A stretch of DNA of 64,000 nucleotides from Clostridium sp. (GTDB taxonomy: Bacteria > Bacillota > Clostridia > Clostridiales > Clostridiaceae): the NCBI GenBank assembly GCA_036657335.1, contig JAVXGR010000002.1, positions 956-64,955 on the forward strand. Direction: 5' to 3'. A model generated the notes under the pieces. It did no database searches. It had not been told where the DNA came from and worked only from the letters and a program-made list of their open reading frames with translations. Positions 51,262 to 63,406 of the stretch are shown piece after piece; the stretch's first letter is position 1; every line of letters begins with the position of its first letter. Made by a program: the position numbers and the translations under genes.

Positions 51262-52674
51262 CTAAACTCTTTTAAGTGTAAAATTAAAGCAAACGCCACT
51301 ATCTTTATTTACCACCCATATATCCTCACCAAATTGAGTCATTATCTCCCTAACAATAGGAAGTCCTAGCCCAGTGCTGACCTTAGATGTTCTAGATTTA
51401 TCTGCTTTATAAAACCTTTGCCATATATGTTTTATATGTTCTTCTTTAATAGCTTCACCATCATTATAAATGGATATTAAAGCCTTTTTGCCTTTTGTCC
51501 TAACATCAACCTTTACATTTCCCCCATCACTTGCATACTTTATAGCATTATCCACCAAGTTAACTAATACTTGAATTAACTTATCTCTATCCGCCATTAC
51601 ACTGAGCTTTTCCGTATCAAAAAATACATTTATTTTAAGATCTCTCTCAGATATCTTTGTTTCAAACTTAAGCACTGTAAGTCTAATAAGTTCGTTAATA
51701 TCAAGCTCTTCGTATTTTAAACTCTGCTTTCCAGATTCAAGTGCAGATAAATCTAACAGATTATTTACTAATCTAGTAAGTCTGTTAGTTTCTTCGTATG
51801 CCATAGCCAAATACTGATTTTGTTTTCCAGATGGTATTACTCCATCTAAAACAGCTCCTATAAATCCTTTTATTGATGTTATTGGGGATCTTATTTCATG
51901 GGAAACATCTGAAATAAACCTTCTTCTATTATTTTCATTTTTCTCTAGAAAATCCGCCATATAATTAAAACTATGGGCTAACTCACCAATTTCATCATCA
52001 CTATTAATATTTACTCGTCTCTCAACCTCACCAATAGCTATCTTTTTCGCAGTACTATTGATTTCATCTAAAGGCTTTACAATATATTTCTGACTAAACC
52101 AATATAATACAATATACCATAAACTTATAAAAAGTAAGGCTAAAATCCATATGATTTTGTATATAGATTTAAGTGATTGAGTAACCTGTTCCATAGAACT
52201 GTTTACCACTATGACTCCAACAAATTCTCCATAATAAGTTTTAGCTGGTACTGCTACAGTATACACAGACTTATCATACACTTCATTATAATAACCCTTA
52301 TGGTCAATGACATCATTTTCTTCAAGTTCTTTTAAATCATCGCTCATCATCTGTTGTCCTATATAATCTATTTGATTATAATTAGATGTACTATATAAAT
52401 ACCCTGCCTTATCTAAAATCCAAATATCAGCTTCCAAGTATTTGGCTATAAACTCTATGGAGTTCTCTAGGTTATCTAATGACACATCATCATATGAATA
52501 CCTTACAACTAAATCGTTTACAACATCTAACTGTTTTATTATATTATCTTTCTTAATACTCATCATATGGCTATCAAACCAAATGGACATAATAGTGGCT
52601 ACCATTATAAAGCTTATAGAAATAATTATGATAGAGCTTGCGATCATCTTAGAGAAGAGACCCTTTTGCTTCAT
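51262..52674 (-). CDS. HAMP-domain sensor histidine kinase
   Basis: Two TMs, HAMP (DEIGELAHSFNYM), H-box DVSHEIRSP, NLVDNAIKY, GLGL. Confidence 0.95.
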   Translation of the reverse strand: MKQKGLFSKMIASSIIIISISFIMVATIMSIWFDSHMMSIKKDNIIKQLDVVNDLVVRYSYDDVSLDNLENSIEFIAKYLEADIWILDKAGYLYSTSNYNQIDYIGQQMMSDDLKELEENDVIDHKGYYNEVYDKSVYTVAVPAKTYYGEFVGVIVVNSSMEQVTQSLKSIYKIIWILALLFISLWYIVLYWFSQKYIVKPLDEINSTAKKIAIGEVERRVNINSDDEIGELAHSFNYMADFLEKNENNRRRFISDVSHEIRSPITSIKGFIGAVLDGVIPSGKQNQYLAMAYEETNRLTRLVNNLLDLSALESGKQSLKYEELDINELIRLTVLKFETKISERDLKINVFFDTEKLSVMADRDKLIQVLVNLVDNAIKYASDGGNVKVDVRTKGKKALISIYNDGEAIKEEHIKHIWQRFYKADKSRTSKVSTGLGLPIVREIMTQFGEDIWVVNKDSGVCFNFTLKRV

Positions 52675-53361
52675 TTATTTCACCTCGAATTTATACCCTA
52701 CACCCCATACTGTTTCTATCTGCCAAGACGTAGTTCCTTGAAGTTTTTCTCTTAATCTTTTTATATGAACATCAACTGTTCTTGAATCTCCCGGATAATC
52801 ATATCCCCAAACTTCGCATAATAATTGTTCTCTTGTAAATACCTTATTTTTATTATTTGCAAGGTAATGAAGTAATTCAAATTCCTTTGGTGGCATCTTA
52901 ACTTCTTTTCCCTTATATATTACATTATAAGATGATATTTCTATAACTAAATCCTCAAATGTTAATGTATCTCTAGTGGTATTGTCTGCATTATATCGTC
53001 TTAATACAGCCTTTACCCTAGCAGTTAATTCTTTAGGTTCAAACGGTTTAACCATATAATCATCTGCACCTAACTCTAATCCTAATACTTTATCAAAAGT
53101 GTCTCCCTTTGCAGTTAACAATATAACAGGAATCTCTGATTCTTTTCTTATTTGTTTTAGTACATCAAGTCCATCCATATAAGGCAACATTACATCTAAT
53201 ATGATTAAGTTAGGCTTGTATGAACTGAATTTTTCCAAGGCTTCTTTACCATCATAAGCTGATAAAGTATCATAACCCAAGTTTTGTAAATATATTTTTA
53301 TAACTTCACCAATATTCTCATCGTCATCAACTATTAGAACCTTTCCTATTGTACCTTCCAT
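52675..53361 (-). CDS. OmpR-family response regulator
   Basis: LIVDDD, LDVMLP, LTAK, GADDY.VKPF, RTVDVHIKRLR, TVWGVGY. Confidence 0.96.
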   Translation of the reverse strand: MEGTIGKVLIVDDDENIGEVIKIYLQNLGYDTLSAYDGKEALEKFSSYKPNLIILDVMLPYMDGLDVLKQIRKESEIPVILLTAKGDTFDKVLGLELGADDYMVKPFEPKELTARVKAVLRRYNADNTTRDTLTFEDLVIEISSYNVIYKGKEVKMPPKEFELLHYLANNKNKVFTREQLLCEVWGYDYPGDSRTVDVHIKRLREKLQGTTSWQIETVWGVGYKFEVK

Positions 53362-53554
53362 AACTAAAACCTCCTAAAATAACTTAAGTTATTTATAATT
53401 AAAATTCATCTTTAAAATCTATCTAAGTTTCATATATATTAACATATTTCAATTTAGAAAAATTAAATATCTCAGAAATGTTACAAATTATTCACCGTTA
53501 TACATACTTGTATACTTAATTTCGCCTCTTAAGCAAGTATGTTTAATCAAATAA

Positions 53555-53586
53555 AAAAATTTCCACCATAATTTTGGTGGAAATTT
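53555..53586 (-). terminator. Intrinsic terminator of glmU-prs
   Basis: AAATTTCCACCA...TGGTGGAAATTT with an A-tract on the plus strand. Confidence 0.75.
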
Positions 53587-53601
53587 ATATGTAGCTTAAA
53601 C

Positions 53602-54561
53602 TTAATCCTCAAATAATTTACTTACAGATACATCCTCATAAATTCTTTTTATAGCTTCTCCAAATATAGGAGCTACTGGAAGAACTTTTATTTTATCAAT
53701 TAATTTTTCTTGTGGTAAGTCAATAGTATGTAACATTACCACTTCCTTTATTACTGAGTTTTGTAATCTTTCTATAGCTGGACCTGATAATACTCCATGT
53801 GTACAACAAGCATAGACTTCTTTAGCACCTAAATCCATTAATGCATTAGCACCATTAGTTATAGTTCCTGCTGTATCAATCATATCATCAATCATTATAC
53901 AAGTTTTACCTTTTATTTCTCCAATGATATTCATAACTTCTGAAACGTTTGCTTTAGGTCTTCTCTTATCTATTATAGCTATAGGAGCATGTAATTTATC
54001 AGCAAACTTTCTTGATCTTGTAACACTTCCTAAGTCTGGTGATACTACAACAACATCTTCATTATCCCTAAATCCTAATTCAATAAAGTGTTTTGCTAAA
54101 AGCGGAACTCCCATTAAATTATCAACTGGAATATTGAAGTATCCTTGAATTTGTGCAGCATGTAAATCCATTGTTAATACCCTATCAGCTCCTGAAGCCG
54201 TTAAAATATCTGCAACTAATTTAGCTGTAATTGGATCTCTAGCCTTAGCTTTTCTATCTTGTCTAGCATAACCATAGTATGGCATAACAGCTGTTACTCT
54301 ACCTGCTGAGGCTCTCTTAAGAGCATCAATCATTATTAATAACTCCATTAAGTTTTTATTGACAGGCTCGTTAGTAGATTGTATTACAAATACATCTCTA
54401 CCTCTAACTGTTTCATTGATGTTTACTGATATTTCTCCATCGCTGAAAGTTGTTACATTTGCATCCCCTAAAGGTATCGCTAATGTATCTGCAATATCTT
54501 GTGCTAATTTTGGATTAGAATTACCTGAGAAAATTTTTATATTTTTTCCGTGAACTTGCAT
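53602..54561 (-). CDS. prs: Ribose-phosphate pyrophosphokinase
   Basis: [40 protein letters not shown]. Confidence 0.98.
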   Translation of the reverse strand: MQVHGKNIKIFSGNSNPKLAQDIADTLAIPLGDANVTTFSDGEISVNINETVRGRDVFVIQSTNEPVNKNLMELLIMIDALKRASAGRVTAVMPYYGYARQDRKAKARDPITAKLVADILTASGADRVLTMDLHAAQIQGYFNIPVDNLMGVPLLAKHFIELGFRDNEDVVVVSPDLGSVTRSRKFADKLHAPIAIIDKRRPKANVSEVMNIIGEIKGKTCIMIDDMIDTAGTITNGANALMDLGAKEVYACCTHGVLSGPAIERLQNSVIKEVVMLHTIDLPQEKLIDKIKVLPVAPIFGEAIKRIYEDVSVSKLFED

Positions 54562-54578
54562 TGTGCAGCCCTCCTAAA

Positions 54579-55964
54579 TTATTTGTCTTTCTTTAACCCC
54601 TTATTTTTAACCCAATCTTTAATGATTGTTTGTCTGGCTCTTGCAATTGCTAAAGAATCTTCTGGCACTTCCTTTGTAATAGTAGATCCTGCTGCTGTAT
54701 ACGCATTTTTTCTAACTACCACAGGGGAAATTAAATTGGTATTGCATCCTATAAACGCATTATCTTCAATTATGGTCTTATGTTTACTTTTACCATCATA
54801 ATTTACTACGACTGTTCCACAACCAAAGTTGCATCCACTACCAACCTCAGCATCTCCAATATAAGTTAAATGTGATACCTTAGTACCATCTCCAATATTA
54901 GATTTTTTTATTTCTACAAAATCACCAATTCTAGCTTTTCTACCTATATTACTTTCAGGTCTAATATATGCAAAAGGTCCAACAGTAGTTGATTCTCCTA
55001 CCGTACTTTGCAGTATAACAGAGCTTTCAATAGTTACATAAGCATCAATTATACTATCTTTTATTCTAGAACCTGGCAATAATATACAGCCTTCTTTAAT
55101 TATAGTTTTTCCTTCCAATACATTACCTGGATATATAATAGTATCACTACCTATTTGAACATCCACACCTATATATGTATCATTTGGATTTATTATAGTA
55201 ACTCCATTTTCCATATGTGTTTTGTTAATTCTTTGTCTCATAAGCATTTCTGCATGAGCTAGCTCAACTCTGGAATTTACCGCTGTAATTTCACTTACTG
55301 GAACTGTAAAAGCTCCTACCTTCAATCCTTGGGATTTAAGTATTTCTATAACATCAGTTAAGTAATATTCTCCTTGAGCATTATTATTGTTCAAAGAATT
55401 CAAATTATTTAATAAAGTTTTTATATCGAAACAGTACATTCCTGAATTAATCTCATTTATCTTAACTTCTTCTTCGTTACAATCTTTAAATTCAACTATT
55501 TTCTCTACTTCGCCTAATGAATTTCTAATTATCCTTCCATATTTAGCCGGCTCTTCAATTATTGAAGTTATTACAGTAGCTTTATACTTGCCTTCTTCAT
55601 GGAAACTGTAAAGTTTATCCACCATATCTTTTGTAATTAATGGACCATCGCCAACAAATACAGCTACAGTTCCATCCTTCTCTCTTAGAAACTCCTCTGC
55701 ACATATTACCGCATGTCCTGTTCCTAATTGTTTGTCTTGGAATGAGTAATTAACATTTCTTTGCTTGGTTGCTTCCTTAACTTTTTCAGCACCTTTTCCT
55801 ACGACCACTGTAATTTCTTTTATCCCAGTAGCTCTTATATTGTCAATAACATGGTTTATCATTTCTTTACCACAAATTTTATGAGTAACCTTAGGCATAA
55901 CTGACTTCATTCTCTTACCTTCACCAGCGGCCAATACAATAGCACTTTTAAACAAATTCAACAC
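54579..55964 (-). CDS. glmU: Bifunctional UDP-GlcNAc pyrophosphorylase/glucosamine-1-P acetyltransferase
   Basis: [24 protein letters not shown], hexapeptide repeats, HLTYIGDA. Confidence 0.97.
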   Translation of the reverse strand: MLNLFKSAIVLAAGEGKRMKSVMPKVTHKICGKEMINHVIDNIRATGIKEITVVVGKGAEKVKEATKQRNVNYSFQDKQLGTGHAVICAEEFLREKDGTVAVFVGDGPLITKDMVDKLYSFHEEGKYKATVITSIIEEPAKYGRIIRNSLGEVEKIVEFKDCNEEEVKINEINSGMYCFDIKTLLNNLNSLNNNNAQGEYYLTDVIEILKSQGLKVGAFTVPVSEITAVNSRVELAHAEMLMRQRINKTHMENGVTIINPNDTYIGVDVQIGSDTIIYPGNVLEGKTIIKEGCILLPGSRIKDSIIDAYVTIESSVILQSTVGESTTVGPFAYIRPESNIGRKARIGDFVEIKKSNIGDGTKVSHLTYIGDAEVGSGCNFGCGTVVVNYDGKSKHKTIIEDNAFIGCNTNLISPVVVRKNAYTAAGSTITKEVPEDSLAIARARQTIIKDWVKNKGLKKDK

Positions 55965-56254
55965 CCCAATTAATTTCTAATTTATAATTAGTACTCACAT
56001 ATATTACATCATTAATAATTATTATATTACATTCTATTAATTATTATATTTTATAGTGTATATATTTGCAATATGATGAGTGCTTTTCTTTTATTTTTTA
56101 TGCTTATTTTAAAAATAAACTTTTTATAAAAAACTTATTATACTAAATTTTACATTTTATATGGCTTTGTATTGTAATATTGTAATTTTCTTCATCAATT
56201 ATCACAAAGCAAAACAAAACAAGGAAGCATAAGCTCCCTTATATATTTTAAAAA

Positions 56255-56560
56255 TTATCCATTAGTTACAGAAAAATCGCACTCTTTTTCTTCCTGTTCT
56301 TGCTTGGATATAACTTTTTCATATTCATTTAAAACAGCTCTTTGTATCTTCTCTCTTGTATCTGCATTAATTGGATGTGTTATATCTTTGAATTCTCCTA
56401 ATGGTGTTTTTCTACTTGGCATAGCTATAAATAATCCTTCTTTACCCTGTATAATTTTAATATCGTGAACTACAAATTCATTATCAAAGGTAATAGACAC
56501 TATAGCACGCATTTTTGTTTCCTCAGATATTTTTCTAACTCTAACATCCGTGATTTCCAC
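56255..56560 (-). CDS. spoVG: Septation regulator SpoVG
   Basis: [32 protein letters not shown]. Confidence 0.96.
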   Translation of the reverse strand: MEITDVRVRKISEETKMRAIVSITFDNEFVVHDIKIIQGKEGLFIAMPSRKTPLGEFKDITHPINADTREKIQRAVLNEYEKVISKQEQEEKECDFSVTNG

Positions 56561-56906
56561 TTTATGTCACCTCCCCATGTAAACAATAAGTAAGTTAACA
56601 ACAAAATTACTTAATTGAAACCTAATTACTAAATTTCTATAATTAAGTACTTTTCATTATTAAGTACTTTCTATGATGTGATATTTAGTATTAATAATAA
56701 TGTCTAACTTCTTAGATATAGTTTCTCTGTATTATTATACCTGTAAAGTTTTGTAATTATTCATCCTAATATTATCAAATAAGAATAGTTTTGTAAAGAA
56801 GTATTGCATATTCTGTCTCATTATTACTTATATATTTGTTTTTCAAAAGATGTATTGCCATATATATGTAAAAGAAGCTAATAATCAAATTGATTATTAG
56901 CTTCTT

Positions 56907-57842
56907 TTATATTTTTATTGCTTCTATATCCTGTTGTTTTGTTGTTTTATTAATTTGTCTCCTTATTTCTTTGCTTACTTGCTTTTTTCTTTCCTTCTTT
57001 ATTTTTTGGGGCATTGTATCTGTTCTTATAGTTTCGTTAGATGGACTTAGTATAGCTTTTCCTGACTCATCTATACCCTTAAATTGAAGTAATGACATAT
57101 ACTCGTTGAATAGTTTTCTCGGAGTGTAAGCATAATCTATAAGCACACCTATGCCTACAAGCTCACATTCAAATTCTTCAAGTAAATTTCTAACCCCCGA
57201 AGCTGTTCCGCCACCCTTCATAAAATCATCTACAAATAAGCACTTACTACCTTTTTTTAATGCCTTTTTAGCTAAGGACATAGTTTGGATTTTCTTACTT
57301 GACCCTGAAACGTAATTTATACTTATAGTTGATCCCTCTGTAACCTTAGGGTCTCTTCTTACAATTATCAATTTAACTCCTAAAATTTTAGCAACCTCGT
57401 AAGCTAGGGCTATACCCTTAGTTTCTATTGTCACTACATAGTCTGTTGCTATACCATTAAACTTAGATGCTATTATGCTGCCTGCCTGTGTTATAACATT
57501 TGGATCCGATAAAATATCAGTTATATAAATAAAATCTCCCGGAACCACTCTATCTTGGCTCATCAATACATCACATAATCCATTGACAAATCCAGAACTT
57601 TGCTCCTTTGAAACTTCATATATAAACTTAACACCTCCAGCCGCCCCAGATATAGTTTCTATTCTACCCATTGATAACCTAGATAAACTTTCTCTTACAA
57701 TTACTATATCCTCACTTATAGTAGATTTAGCTGCATTAAGCACCTCTGTAAATCTATTTAAATTAATTATTTTATTTGGATTCTCTATAAGAACTTTTGT
57801 TATAGCTGCTATTCTCTGATTTCTATTAAATTTCTGCTCCAT
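56907..57842 (-). CDS. purR: Pur operon repressor (with C-terminal extension)
   Basis: AAKSTISEDI, GAAGGV, TIETKGI, TEGSTISINYVSGS, VDDFMKGGGT. Confidence 0.95.
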   Translation of the reverse strand: MEQKFNRNQRIAAITKVLIENPNKIINLNRFTEVLNAAKSTISEDIVIVRESLSRLSMGRIETISGAAGGVKFIYEVSKEQSSGFVNGLCDVLMSQDRVVPGDFIYITDILSDPNVITQAGSIIASKFNGIATDYVVTIETKGIALAYEVAKILGVKLIIVRRDPKVTEGSTISINYVSGSSKKIQTMSLAKKALKKGSKCLFVDDFMKGGGTASGVRNLLEEFECELVGIGVLIDYAYTPRKLFNEYMSLLQFKGIDESGKAILSPSNETIRTDTMPQKIKKERKKQVSKEIRRQINKTTKQQDIEAIKI

Positions 57843-58421
57843 TATACTTCTTCTCCTATAACTTTTTCACGAATTTTAACATGGTTTATTTATTCTATTA
57901 TTCATAGTTTAATATTTAAATTCTTTAATTGTCAATATTATAAGGTATATTTCTATAAATATATTACTTTTCTCATGAATTTAATTGATTTCATAGTTTG
58001 AATACATATTTTATATTCATTTCTTCATTATATGTAAATTTTATTATTTTTATATTTTAATGTATTATATTATTATTTTATTGTATATAATTATAATATA
58101 ATAATTTTATATCTACACAAAGGTATATTCTTTTATTTTAAAAGTATATTTACTTGTTTTTTTGTATACCTATTGGCTTTTTAAGTAAATCACTTTATAT
58201 TTAAACATATATGTTCTAAAAAGCATTTTTCATTTATATACCTTGGATACTCTATAGAAACAGCTAATTTAGATTATACACTTAATTAGATTTTTTAAAT
58301 AAACCCATATTGGGTAAAACCATTAAATAAACTTTAATATTACATATATAATACTACATTTTTATAACATTATATATATTTTACCTATTATTAAATTTTT
58401 TACCTCAAGGAGGACTAATCT

Positions 58422-59798
58422 ATGTCATTTAATTTTATAGCAGACAAGAATAAAAAAGTTCATTTTATTGGTATAGGTGGAGTAAGTATGAGTGGTCTTG
58501 CTGAAATACTTATGCAAAATGGATATCAGGTATCAGGTTCTGATAGATCCGCCTCACCAATTACAGAAAAGCTTTCACATATAGGTGTGAAAATCTATAT
58601 TGGTCAAAGTGCTGAAAACATACAAGATGCTGATTTAGTAGTGTATACCGCTGCTATATCTCAAGATAATCCAGAACTTATAAGAGCAAAGGAATTAAAC
58701 CTTATACTATTAGATAGAGCTGAATTTCTTGGCAAAATCATGCAGGGTCACAAATACAATATCTCTGTATCAGGAACTCATGGTAAGACTACTGCAACCT
58801 CAATGATATCTCACATAATTTTAGAAGAAGACCTCGATCCTACAATATTAGTTGGTGGAAACTTAGATATCATAAATGGAAATGTCCTTGTTGGACACAG
58901 CGAATACTTTCTAACTGAAGGTTGTGAATACAAGGAATCCTTTTTAAAATTCTATCCTCACATAGGCATAATACTAAATATAGATGAGGATCACCTGGAT
59001 TACTACAAAGACATAAATCATATAAAGCAATCATTTAAAAAATTTATTGATACAATAGATGAGGATGGTTACTTAATAGCTAATGTAGAAGATGAAAATC
59101 TACGTGATATATTAGATAATCCCAAATGTAATGTTCTAAGCTTTGGTCTAACACAAGGAACAATTCAGGCTAAAAACATTAGTTATAACCTAACAAACTG
59201 TGGTGACTTCGATGTATATACCGGTGATACCTTCTTATTCCATATAAATCTTAGTGTCCCAGGAGAGCACAACATCCTAAACTCATTATCTGCTATTTGT
59301 ACAGGATTAGCCTTAGGTTTAAATAAAGAATCTATTATAAATGGATTATTGAGCTTCAGTGGAACCCACAGAAGATTTGAAATTAAAGGAACTAAGAATA
59401 ACATCACTGTTATAGATGAATATGCACATCACCCAACAGCAATAAAAGCAACTATTAAGACAATTTTAAAATATCCACATAAAAAAATATACACACTATT
59501 TCAACCTCATACTTACACAAGAACAATACAGCTATTTGATGACTTTACTACATGCTTCAACGGCTTAGATAATCTAATATTATTAGATATATTTCCAGCT
59601 CGTGAAAAAGATACAGGCATAGTAAGTTCTCAAATGCTTGGAGATAAGATAAGAGAAACTGGTATGAACTGTATAAATATACACAATTTCAAAGATGCAG
59701 TAACCTATTTAAAAGAAAATGCTAAGCCTGGAGATTTAATCTTCACAATAGGTGCCGGTGACCTATATAAAATAGGAGAAGACTTTTTATCAAATTAA
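58422..59798 (+). CDS. murC: UDP-N-acetylmuramate--L-alanine ligase
   Basis: [44 protein letters not shown]. Confidence 0.96.
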   Translation: MSFNFIADKNKKVHFIGIGGVSMSGLAEILMQNGYQVSGSDRSASPITEKLSHIGVKIYIGQSAENIQDADLVVYTAAISQDNPELIRAKELNLILLDRAEFLGKIMQGHKYNISVSGTHGKTTATSMISHIILEEDLDPTILVGGNLDIINGNVLVGHSEYFLTEGCEYKESFLKFYPHIGIILNIDEDHLDYYKDINHIKQSFKKFIDTIDEDGYLIANVEDENLRDILDNPKCNVLSFGLTQGTIQAKNISYNLTNCGDFDVYTGDTFLFHINLSVPGEHNILNSLSAICTGLALGLNKESIINGLLSFSGTHRRFEIKGTKNNITVIDEYAHHPTAIKATIKTILKYPHKKIYTLFQPHTYTRTIQLFDDFTTCFNGLDNLILLDIFPAREKDTGIVSSQMLGDKIRETGMNCINIHNFKDAVTYLKENAKPGDLIFTIGAGDLYKIGEDFLSN

Positions 59799-59860
59799 TT
59801 TATTTAATCAATTAATTATAAAAACCCATAGTTATGAGGTGACTTCCTTCTTTATAATTT

Positions 59861-59909
59861 AAAAGGCACAGTTCTAGAGCATTTTATCATATAGAACTAT
59901 GCCTTTTTT
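59861..59909 (+). terminator. Intrinsic terminator after murC
   Basis: AAAAGGCACAGTTCTA...TAGAACTATGCCTTTTTT. Confidence 0.7.
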
Positions 59910-60080
59910 CTATTATAAAAGCTAATTAGGTATATTAAGATCATTAGACATAATTTTTTTATAAGATAAAAGATACTATTTCTCATATCCCATGAGGAAT
60001 AGCGAATGAAGGCTTCAATAAACAAAAGTATGTTTATTGAAAATAATTTATTCTTCACTCCTGGTAACATTTCAGCCTTA

Positions 60081-60109
60081 TTGACATATTAATAATTAAG
60101 ATGTATAAT
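60081..60109 (+). promoter_or_regulatory. Consensus sigma-A promoter of tRNA-Pro
   Basis: TTGACA-N17-TATAAT. Confidence 0.85.
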
Positions 60110-60122
60110 ATTTCTTGTACCT

Positions 60123-60198
60123 CGGGGTGTAGCGCAGTTGGGAGCGCGCGTGGTTTGGGACCATGAGGTCGCAGGTTCAATCCCTGTCACCCCGACCA
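60123..60198 (+). tRNA. tRNA-Pro (anticodon TGG)
   Basis: 76-nt cloverleaf: acceptor CGGGGTG/CACCCCG, anticodon loop TTTGGGA, GGTTCAA T-loop, encoded CCA; followed by terminator AAGAGTTATTC...GAATAACTCTTTTT. Confidence 0.97.
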
Positions 60199-60366
60199 AA
60201 GAGTTATTCTTATGAATAACTCTTTTTATTTTTTTTGTAATATACTCTTCATATTATGGGTAAAATATATAATGTAATGGTATTATTAACATTATGAACT
60301 TACTTACATAACTATAGCTTAAGTAAAATTCTATTATTCTCCTAATATATTATGAGGTGACTTTAA

Positions 60367-61719
60367 ATGATTGATAAATATAAATCAATATTCAAAGAAT
60401 TAGTTCTTTCCTATGATCAAAACAATTTTCATGAAAAATTAGAGCAATTAAAATCAACCACAGATTTAAATGAAGAGGATTTTACAAAACTTATTTCTTC
60501 TCTTTGTGGAGTAGAAATATCTCCATCCCCTAATTACAAGGAGGATTTAAAAGATGCAATATCTAATTACTCAAATAAAACAAAAATTGTATCTAAAATA
60601 CATTCTTGTGCCACTGACTGTATCCCTAGTCCAAATACGGAACTTAGCAATTGCCAAAGTTCATGTCCATTTGATGCAATATTATATGATAAGAAAACAA
60701 AGAATACATATATAAATAAAGACGCCTGCACAGATTGCGGTTTTTGTGTAGATGCCTGTAAGCATGGCAATATTTTAGATAAAATAGAATTCATGCCTCT
60801 TCTTGAGCTTATACATCAAAACAAAACTGTTATAGCTGCTGTTGCACCAGCTATATCCGGTCAATTTGGTGACACCGTAACCATGGATCAAATGAGAACT
60901 TCTTTTAAAAAGCTCGGATTTACAGACATGGTGGAAGTAGCCTTTTTTGCTGATATGCTCACACTAAAAGAGGCCTTTGAATTTAATCATCATATTAAAA
61001 CCGAAGAAGATTTAATTATTACTTCCTGTTGTTGTCCTATGTGGGTTGGAATGTTAAAAAGAATATATGGAGATTTAGTAAAACATGTAACTCCTTCTGT
61101 GTCCCCTATGATTGCTGCTGGAAGGGTTATGAAATATCTGAATCCAGATTGCAAGGTGGTTTTTATAGGTCCTTGTGTTGCTAAAAAGGCAGAGGCAAGA
61201 GAAAAAGATCTAATTGGCGATATAGATTTTGTTTTAACATTTCAAGAATTAAAAGAAATATTTGATGTATTAAATATAACTCCTTCAAAACTACCTGAAG
61301 ACAGATCTATAGATTACGCTTCTAAAGGTGGGAGATTATATGCCCGAACTGGTGGTGTCTCAATAGCTGTGAAAGATGCCATTGAAAGGTTATTTCCTGA
61401 AAAGTCAATTTTACTAAAAGCTGTTCAAGGAAATGGAGTTAAAGAATGTAAAGATTTGCTTTCTAAGGCTCAGTTAAAAGAATTAAATGCTAATTTCATA
61501 GAAGGTATGGGCTGCATTGGTGGCTGTGTTGGTGGACCTAAGAAAATCATTACCACAGAAGAAGGAAAAGAAAAGGTAGATAACTTTGCAAATGCTTCTA
61601 GTATTAAAGTAGCCATAGATAGTCCCTGTATGATGGATTTCCTAAATAAGCTTGGTATAAATTCCATAAAAGATTTCGCTTCCCATGAAAAACTTATAAT
61701 ATTTAACAGAAATTTCTAA
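60367..61719 (+). CDS. Monomeric [FeFe]-hydrogenase, group B (CpIII-like)
   Basis: Ferredoxin-like Cys motifs (CQSSCPFD, CTDCGFCVDAC) and H-cluster motifs TSCCCPMW, IGPCVAKKAE, EGMGCIGGCVGG. Confidence 0.88.
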   Translation: MIDKYKSIFKELVLSYDQNNFHEKLEQLKSTTDLNEEDFTKLISSLCGVEISPSPNYKEDLKDAISNYSNKTKIVSKIHSCATDCIPSPNTELSNCQSSCPFDAILYDKKTKNTYINKDACTDCGFCVDACKHGNILDKIEFMPLLELIHQNKTVIAAVAPAISGQFGDTVTMDQMRTSFKKLGFTDMVEVAFFADMLTLKEAFEFNHHIKTEEDLIITSCCCPMWVGMLKRIYGDLVKHVTPSVSPMIAAGRVMKYLNPDCKVVFIGPCVAKKAEAREKDLIGDIDFVLTFQELKEIFDVLNITPSKLPEDRSIDYASKGGRLYARTGGVSIAVKDAIERLFPEKSILLKAVQGNGVKECKDLLSKAQLKELNANFIEGMGCIGGCVGGPKKIITTEEGKEKVDNFANASSIKVAIDSPCMMDFLNKLGINSIKDFASHEKLIIFNRNF

Positions 61720-61987
61720 CTTTGTTCATCCTTAATTATAATATTTAGTGCATACTATTTATTAAGCTAAACTTTTATTTTTGTAGTTCATATTATCTAT
61801 AGATAAGTTCTCTATAATTATTTATCAGATAAATATTGTTATATTAACTTATCATAAATCCCCCCAAAAATAAGCCTCAACAGGCTTATTTTTTTGCTTT
61901 ATTATGTTATAATTTATATATTATTTATTCGAAATTTATAGCTATACACATATATATTTCAGTAATTATTCTACAAGGAGTATAAAT

Positions 61988-62539
61988 ATGATGAAATTGT
62001 TTTTTATATCTGATATTCACGGATCAAAATACTACTTACAAAAGGCACTTCAAAGATACCATGAAGAAAATGCTGATTATATAATTATATTAGGGGATGC
62101 CCTTTATCATGGACCTAGAAATGCTTTGCCAAAAGATTATGAACCAAAGGAAGTTTGCCAACTATTAAACAAGTACAAGGATAAAATCATTGCAGTGAGA
62201 GGAAATTGTGATAGTGAAGTTGATCAAATGGTACTAAACTATCCTATGATGAGTGATTATTCAATAATCCTTTACAATAACAGGCGATTATTTTTAACCC
62301 ATGGCCATATATTTAATAAGGATAACTTACCTAACTTAAGTGAAAATGATCTTATAATTCACGGTCATACACATGTACCATTTGCTGAAAAATTTGAAAA
62401 TATATTTTTAATAAATCCGGGATCAATTTCTATTCCTAAGGAAAATTCCCCACACTCCTATGGAGTTTTAGAAGATAATTTATTTCAAATAAAAGATCTG
62501 TTAGAGGGCATTACATTTAAAAAAGTTAACTTAAAATAA
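61988..62539 (+). CDS. yfcE: Metallophosphoesterase YfcE
   Basis: SDIHGS, LGDALYHGPRN, VRGNCD, THGH, HGHTH, NPGS. Confidence 0.92.
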   Translation: MMKLFFISDIHGSKYYLQKALQRYHEENADYIIILGDALYHGPRNALPKDYEPKEVCQLLNKYKDKIIAVRGNCDSEVDQMVLNYPMMSDYSIILYNNRRLFLTHGHIFNKDNLPNLSENDLIIHGHTHVPFAEKFENIFLINPGSISIPKENSPHSYGVLEDNLFQIKDLLEGITFKKVNLK

Positions 62540-62603
62540 AGACTTAGACAAGGTTATATTTAAAGAAGTATACCTAAAACAATACACCAAAGGGAGTGAA
62601 TTT

Positions 62604-63266
62604 ATGCTAACTAATATAAAAGCTGCCATATTCGATTTAGATGGGACTTTAATAGATTCCATGGGAGTATGGAGGGAAATAGACATTAAATTTTTAGAAG
62701 AAAGAAATTTAGAATTACCAGAAACTCTAAAAAAAGATCTCAATACTATGAGTTTTGAATCCGTAGCTATATATTTTAAAGAACTCTTTAATTTACAAGA
62801 ATCTGTAGAAGAAATAAAAGGTATATGGCTTACTATGGCCTTAGAAATATACCCTAAACTACCTCTAAAACCTGGTGCAAGAGAATTCCTGTTACACCTT
62901 AAAAACTCTGGTATAAAACTAGGACTAGCTACCAGTAATACCACAGTCTTATTAGAGGCTGTACTTAAATCAAATGCTATATACGATTTGTTTGATTCTA
63001 TTACAATTACACATGAAGTAAATAGATCCAAGTGCTTCCCTGATGTATATCTTTTAGCTGCAAAAAAACTAGAGGTTTCCCCTGAAAACTGCTTAGTTTT
63101 CGAGGACCTCCTTCTCGCTGTTAAGGGAGCTAAATCTGCAAATATGACTGTGGTTTGTGTTCAAGACGACCATGCAGGTGGTTTAATAGATGATTTAAAA
63201 TCAGAATCCGACTTTTATATAGAAAGCTACGAAAAATTATTAGACAGTTTGCTTGCTGTAGTTTAA
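62604..63266 (+). CDS. HAD-family phosphatase
   Basis: FDLDGTLIDS, LATS, K..PDVY, VFED motifs. Confidence 0.92.
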   Translation: MLTNIKAAIFDLDGTLIDSMGVWREIDIKFLEERNLELPETLKKDLNTMSFESVAIYFKELFNLQESVEEIKGIWLTMALEIYPKLPLKPGAREFLLHLKNSGIKLGLATSNTTVLLEAVLKSNAIYDLFDSITITHEVNRSKCFPDVYLLAAKKLEVSPENCLVFEDLLLAVKGAKSANMTVVCVQDDHAGGLIDDLKSESDFYIESYEKLLDSLLAVV

Positions 63267-63406
63267 ATTCTACACAGTATTAATATTTTTCATTTTCACA
63301 TATAGAATGAATAGGTATTCTACTTTTAATTTCTATATAGTATTAGCAATTTAGATATAAATAAAGAGTTGAGAATCTTATATTTTATAATACAAGAACT
63401 CAACTC

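Noticed and set aside
57843-58421. Long AT-rich purR-murC intergenic region as an origin or ncRNA
   Set aside because: No DnaA-box cluster or stable structure seen; consistent with divergent promoters.
60123-60230. tRNA-Pro as an integration site for an island
   Set aside because: No integrase and no duplicated tRNA 3' end found in the window.
62531-63031. 166-aa minus-strand ORF and the other short antisense ORFs in the track
   Set aside because: Shadows of well-supported genes on the opposite strand.
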